NCBI GenBank assembly: GCA_964643685.1
Contig: CAZXTN010000002.1
Location: forward strand, 1 to 27,968
From: Candidatus Micrarchaeota archaeon
GTDB taxonomy: Archaea; B1Sed10-29; JAJRYS01
Length of the DNA: 27,968 bases
Direction: 5' to 3'
Shown: positions 27,381 through 27,968 of the stretch, piece by piece
How the letters are laid out: each line of letters starts with the position of its first letter
Position numbering within the stretch: the first letter of the stretch is position 1
Translations under genes and position numbers: made by a program
The notes under the pieces: generated by a model
Database searches by the model: none
The model's input: only the letters and a program-made list of their open reading frames with translations
Told to the model about the DNA's origin: nothing

Positions 27381-27453
27381 GTGGAACGTTTGAACGAGCA
27401 AAGCGAGTGATTAAGTTTCATTTACGCAAGTAAATGAAACGTTTGAATGAACA
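27354..27453 (+). repeat. Tandem 47-nt repeat (period 53) containing an 11-bp GCAA-loop hairpin that overlaps the GTPase stop codon
   Basis: 27354-27400 vs 27407-27453, 41/47 identical; stems at 27362-27387 and 27415-27440. Confidence 0.9.
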
Positions 27454-27564
27454 TGGCTTCCGCTATCCTGTTTTTTTAAAAAAATAAAAAATTAGCTTGG
27501 TTTTTTCTTTTTGTTGTTTTTGTTTTTAAGATTATTAATTGTTTAATTTAAAATTATTAACTCT

Positions 27565-27753
27565 TTAATATCTTCTGCTGTTGTAGTTGCTTCTGCCGTA
27601 GTTGTTTCTCTGTGGCCTGTGGTTCCTGTAGCAGTCTTTGCAGTACACTGGCCTTCCTTCTGTTGGTTCAAAAGGCACTTCGCATTCCTGACCGCAGTCA
27701 GAGCACACTGCTTTGTACATTTTTCTTTCTTCTCCGTACATTGATTTATTCAC
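27565..27753 (-). CDS. CxxC-x17-CxxC zinc-ribbon protein
   Basis: CSDCGQECEVPFEP-x-x-GRPVYCKDCY. Confidence 0.9.
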   Translation of the reverse strand: MNKSMYGEERKMYKAVCSDCGQECEVPFEPTEGRPVYCKDCYRNHRPQRNNYGRSNYNSRRY

Positions 27754-27968
27754 TTCTTTTAAACTAGTAAGTTATGCAATTTCTTTTTCTTAGAAATAGT
27801 TTTTTCTTAGAATTTCATTAATTACTTTAACTTCTGATTGAGTAAAGGTTTTCTTGGGTTTATAAAGCAGTTGGTTTGGCTTTTTTATAGTTATAACTGC
27901 CTAATTATAGTAGTGTTGAAAAATGGGAAGGGTAAGGGATTTTTTTAAAAACTTAAAAAAAAGCAAAA

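Noticed and set aside
27354-27453. Mini CRISPR array
   Set aside because: Only two 47-nt units with a 6-nt linker, overlapping a CDS; no cas genes

Overview
AT-rich archaeal chromosomal segment; the compact genes and short housekeeping variants suggest DPANN, but the taxon is an inference. It carries ftsZ-secE-spt5-rpl11, rpl1-rpl10-rpl12, thrC-thiI-thpR, a ThiF/UbaA-like E1, cysS, rpl40e, aIF-1A, aIF-2beta, an RPA32-like OB protein, a large surface glycoprotein, HD/HIT/HemK/TGS-GTPase genes and several orphans. Three small genes are absent from the ORF track: an alpha3-type histone, eL41/eS32 and a 45-aa membrane peptide. The notable signal is non-coding. All five tRNA genes (Thr-CGT, Ser-CGA, Cys-GCA, Glu-TTC, Leu-TAG) are intron-split, with 8 BHB/BHL-type introns at positions 15/16, 37/38 and 59/60, three of them in tRNA-Cys. 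Five genes (three tRNAs, the histone, the GTPase) are followed within about 50-140 nt by a second copy of their own 3' end, associated with hairpins. For tRNA-Glu and tRNA-Leu the copy starts at the 59/60 intron site behind a shared, covarying 30-nt hairpin and a 3'-splice-site-like motif. This could record tRNA intron gain or loss driven by a small hairpin element. No integrase, transposase, reverse transcriptase or CRISPR array is visible. All alignments and folds were done by eye.
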